This document shows, piece after piece, positions 34,604 to 36,676 of a stretch of 36,676 nt of DNA (the first letter of the stretch is position 1; every line of letters starts with the position of its first letter). The DNA is from an uncultured Clostridia bacterium (GTDB lineage Bacteria; Acidobacteriota; Aminicenantia; JBFLYD01; JBBIMS01), in NCBI GenBank assembly GCA_964517525.1, contig CAZFCI010000034.1, positions 1 to 36,676 of the forward strand, written 5' to 3'. The notes beneath the pieces are model-generated. The model was given only the letters and a program-made list of their open reading frames with translations, searched no databases and was not told the origin of the DNA. Position numbers and translations under genes: made by a program.

Positions 34604-34634
34604 GAAGCCCCCAAAACAAGGGGGCTTTTCATTT
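34604..34634 (+). terminator. Rho-independent terminator after hup
   Basis: Stem GAAGCCCCC / GGGGGCTTT with loop AAAACAA, followed by a T-rich run (TTTTCATTTAT). Confidence 0.75.
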
Positions 34635-34636
34635 AT

Positions 34637-35386
34637 ATGAAGATATTAATTGGAACAAGTGGATGGAATTATAGTCATTGGCAGGGAATATTTTATCCAG
34701 AGGGAATTCCCCAGAATAGATGGCTTGAATTTTATTCAAGATACTTTGAAACCGTAGAAATTAATATGACCTTTTATCGCTTTCCCCCGGAAAAAATGAT
34801 CGAAAACTGGAAAAATAAAGTTCCTGAAGGATTCGTATTTTCTGTAAAAGGAAACAGAAGCATAACCCACTTAAAAAAGCTCAAAAATGTGGAATTTGTT
34901 TTGAAAAAATTTTTGTCATTGATTTCAATATTCGAGCAAAAACTCGGACCAATTCTCTTTCAGCTGCCACCATCTTTTTCTTTCAAAAAAGAACTTTTAA
35001 AAGAGTTTTGCGAAGTTCTTTCTTCCCAGAAAATTATAAAGAATGGAAAGTTTTCTGTTGAATTAAGGGATAAAAGATGGATTAATGAAGAGGTTTTTTC
35101 TATTTTGAAAATTTATAATATTTCCCTTTGTTTTAGCGATTATCCTGGGGTCGAAATAGATTCTCCTTCAACTGCAGACTTTGTATATATTAGAAGGCAT
35201 GGTCCCACCTCCCTCTATTCTTCATGCTACAATGAGGAAGAAATCAGGAAGGATGCTTATTTCATAGGAAAGTATTTGGAAAAGAATATGGACATTTTTG
35301 TTTATTATAACAATGATGCCAATGCCTGGGCTGTCCAGAATGCTCTTCAGCTAAAGGAGATGGTAAAGAATGCCAGTGAGAACTGA
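34637..35386 (+). CDS. DUF72 (YecE-like) family protein
   Basis: MKILIGTSGWNYSHWQGIFYPEG N-terminus and FQLPPSF motif, typical of DUF72. 249 aa. Confidence 0.85.
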   Translation: MKILIGTSGWNYSHWQGIFYPEGIPQNRWLEFYSRYFETVEINMTFYRFPPEKMIENWKNKVPEGFVFSVKGNRSITHLKKLKNVEFVLKKFLSLISIFEQKLGPILFQLPPSFSFKKELLKEFCEVLSSQKIIKNGKFSVELRDKRWINEEVFSILKIYNISLCFSDYPGVEIDSPSTADFVYIRRHGPTSLYSSCYNEEEIRKDAYFIGKYLEKNMDIFVYYNNDANAWAVQNALQLKEMVKNASEN

Positions 35387-35804
35387 AAAGGAAGTTTCTG
35401 CAGGCGGTGTGGTTTACAGAAAAGTAGGTGATAAAATCCAATTTGTTCTAATATCTCCAAAGGAGGGAAGATGGTGCCTTCCTAAGGGGCAGATTGGGGA
35501 GAATGAAAGTGAGGAAGAGACTGCCTTGAGGGAAGTGAAGGAGGAAACAGGGCTAAAATGTAAAATTATACAGAAAATTGAGACAATTGAATACTGGTAT
35601 TTTTCAAAGGAGAGAGGGATCAGGTTGCACAAATTTGTCCACTTTTTTCTTATGGAATATATTGAAGGTTCCACAGAGAATCATGATTGGGAGGTTATCG
35701 ATGCGAAATGGTTTGACGCTGACGAAGCTATTGATAAGGCAAGTTTTCAGAGTGAGAAAGATGTTTTGAAAAAGGGACTGGAAATCTTGAGAAATGCTAT
35801 CTGA
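35370..35804 (+). CDS. NUDIX hydrolase
   Basis: Nudix box GQIGENESEEETALREVKEETGL (GX5EX7REUXEEXGU). 17-nt overlap with the DUF72 gene. AAGGAG SD. Confidence 0.85.
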   Translation: MPVRTEKEVSAGGVVYRKVGDKIQFVLISPKEGRWCLPKGQIGENESEEETALREVKEETGLKCKIIQKIETIEYWYFSKERGIRLHKFVHFFLMEYIEGSTENHDWEVIDAKWFDADEAIDKASFQSEKDVLKKGLEILRNAI

Positions 35805-35858
35805 ATTAGCATAATTTTTTTACCTATGGAATACCTGTGGGTATATAGGACAATTCTA

Positions 35859-35885
35859 TTGACATGAAAATATTGATTCTATAAA
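35859..35885 (+). promoter_or_regulatory. Candidate sigma-70 promoter TTGACA-15-TATAAA upstream of comEC
   Basis: The -35 is at 35859-64 and the -10 at 35880-85. The spacer is short (15 nt). The ATG at 35895 follows 9 nt later without an SD. Confidence 0.3.
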
Positions 35886-35894
35886 TTCTATTAA

Positions 35895-36676
35895 ATGAAG
35901 CATCCAATTGCTCCAGTAGTAATATCTTTTGGGATTGGTTCTCTTCTCGGGTTATATTTACCGTTATATCCCTTTTATCTGAAGCCCTTTTTGCCGGGTT
36001 TAATAATTTTTTCGTGGTTTTTATTTCTGAAGAAATTTGAAAGATTCACTTTCATTCTTATTATTGTTGGCTTTTTCTTTTGCGGTTTCATACTCTCTTA
36101 TGAGAGGAAGGATAAATGGAATGAAAATCCTCTGAGATATTTGAATTGCAAAGAGTATGTGGATATTGAAGGGACAATTTTCAAACCTCCTGAAAGTGTA
36201 AAGGGTGGCTACAATATTTACATAAGAGTGAAAAAAATATTTTTTGAAAGTAAGGAGCTTTCACTTAAAGGGAAGATTAAACTTTTTGTCTCAAAAACAG
36301 AATCTAAGTTTCCAGAGCTTTTTCCTGGTGATGAGATCTTTGTCTCAACCCAGTTTACTGATAAGGGAAGATACTCGAATCCTGAATCGAGGTTGGATAG
36401 AGCCTTGATGATAAAGGGAATTCACAGAACTGGAAAGGTAAAATCTCCTTATCTGATAAAAGTTTTAAAAAAAGGGTCTAGTTGGAACCTCAAAAGATTT
36501 TTTTCGAGGATTAAATTTTTAGTTTCCAAAAAGATAGATACTGCTTTAAAAAGCGAGGAAAGAGAATTTCTTAAAGGAGCTCTTCTGGGTGAAAGGAACA
36601 ATATAAATGATTCATTGATAGGTAATTTTCAGAGATTAGGAATTTACCATATCTTAGCCATATCAGGTCTTCATAT
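35895..36676 (+). CDS. comEC: ComEC/Rec2-family DNA internalisation channel protein, N-terminal part (runs off the window)
   Basis: Manual translation gives MKHPIAPVVISFGIGSLLGLYLPLY... with N-terminal TM helices. A DUF4131-like OB region follows (EGTIFKPPES...KIKLFVSK...GDEIFVSTQF). The Competence-domain hallmark LGIYHILAISGLH lies at the window edge. Confidence 0.8.
   Translation, partial: MKHPIAPVVISFGIGSLLGLYLPLYPFYLKPFLPGLIIFSWFLFLKKFERFTFILIIVGFFFCGFILSYERKDKWNENPLRYLNCKEYVDIEGTIFKPPESVKGGYNIYIRVKKIFFESKELSLKGKIKLFVSKTESKFPELFPGDEIFVSTQFTDKGRYSNPESRLDRALMIKGIHRTGKVKSPYLIKVLKKGSSWNLKRFFSRIKFLVSKKIDTALKSEEREFLKGALLGERNNINDSLIGNFQRLGIYHILAISGLH

Overview
A densely packed, low-GC bacterial chromosomal segment. 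I count about 38 protein genes and 1 tRNA. Intergenic gaps are short, most genes have strong GGAGG-type Shine-Dalgarno sites, and many junctions are 1-4 nt overlaps. Proteins are Lys/Glu/Ile-rich. I cannot assign a lineage from this window alone.

Content is mostly housekeeping, in this order:
- ftsH-folP-cdaA-cdaR (c-di-AMP operon)
- tRNA-Glu(CUC)
- a GAF/HD-GYP phosphodiesterase operon with a secreted protein and a DUF4097 protein
- a COG2403-like P-loop protein, carbamate kinase and ornithine carbamoyltransferase, translationally chained to a 678-aa acidic protein and an 85-aa protein, both of unknown function
- a beta-propeller-sensor histidine kinase with a sigma-54 (NtrC-type) response regulator
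- ftsY-ribD-ribE fused to a sodium:solute symporter, followed by three overlapping small membrane ORFs
- an M28 peptidase, fabD, hutU, a GWxTD-like protein and a FecR-like protein with an extreme Tyr/Trp segment
- mltG-ruvX-ddl, a GAF-like unknown, a TIGR01212 radical SAM gene with nfi, hup, DUF72, NUDIX, and the 5' part of comEC

I see no transposase, integrase, CRISPR array, prophage genes or recognisable defence genes.

The most promising unexplained structure is the largest gap in the window (16605-17080), directly downstream of the sigma-54 activator. It holds three copies of an AGTCTAAA-N2-TTTAGACT palindrome, a -24/-12-like element and a 16-codon ORF or small-RNA candidate. Other leads:
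- the micro-ORF trio after the symporter
- the unknown proteins chained to argF
- a Tyr/Trp/Pro low-complexity segment
- a canonical G-quadruplex motif overlapping a hairpin
- an M28 peptidase carrying a degenerate M19-like domain

All functional calls rest on motif recognition by eye. No database search was run.
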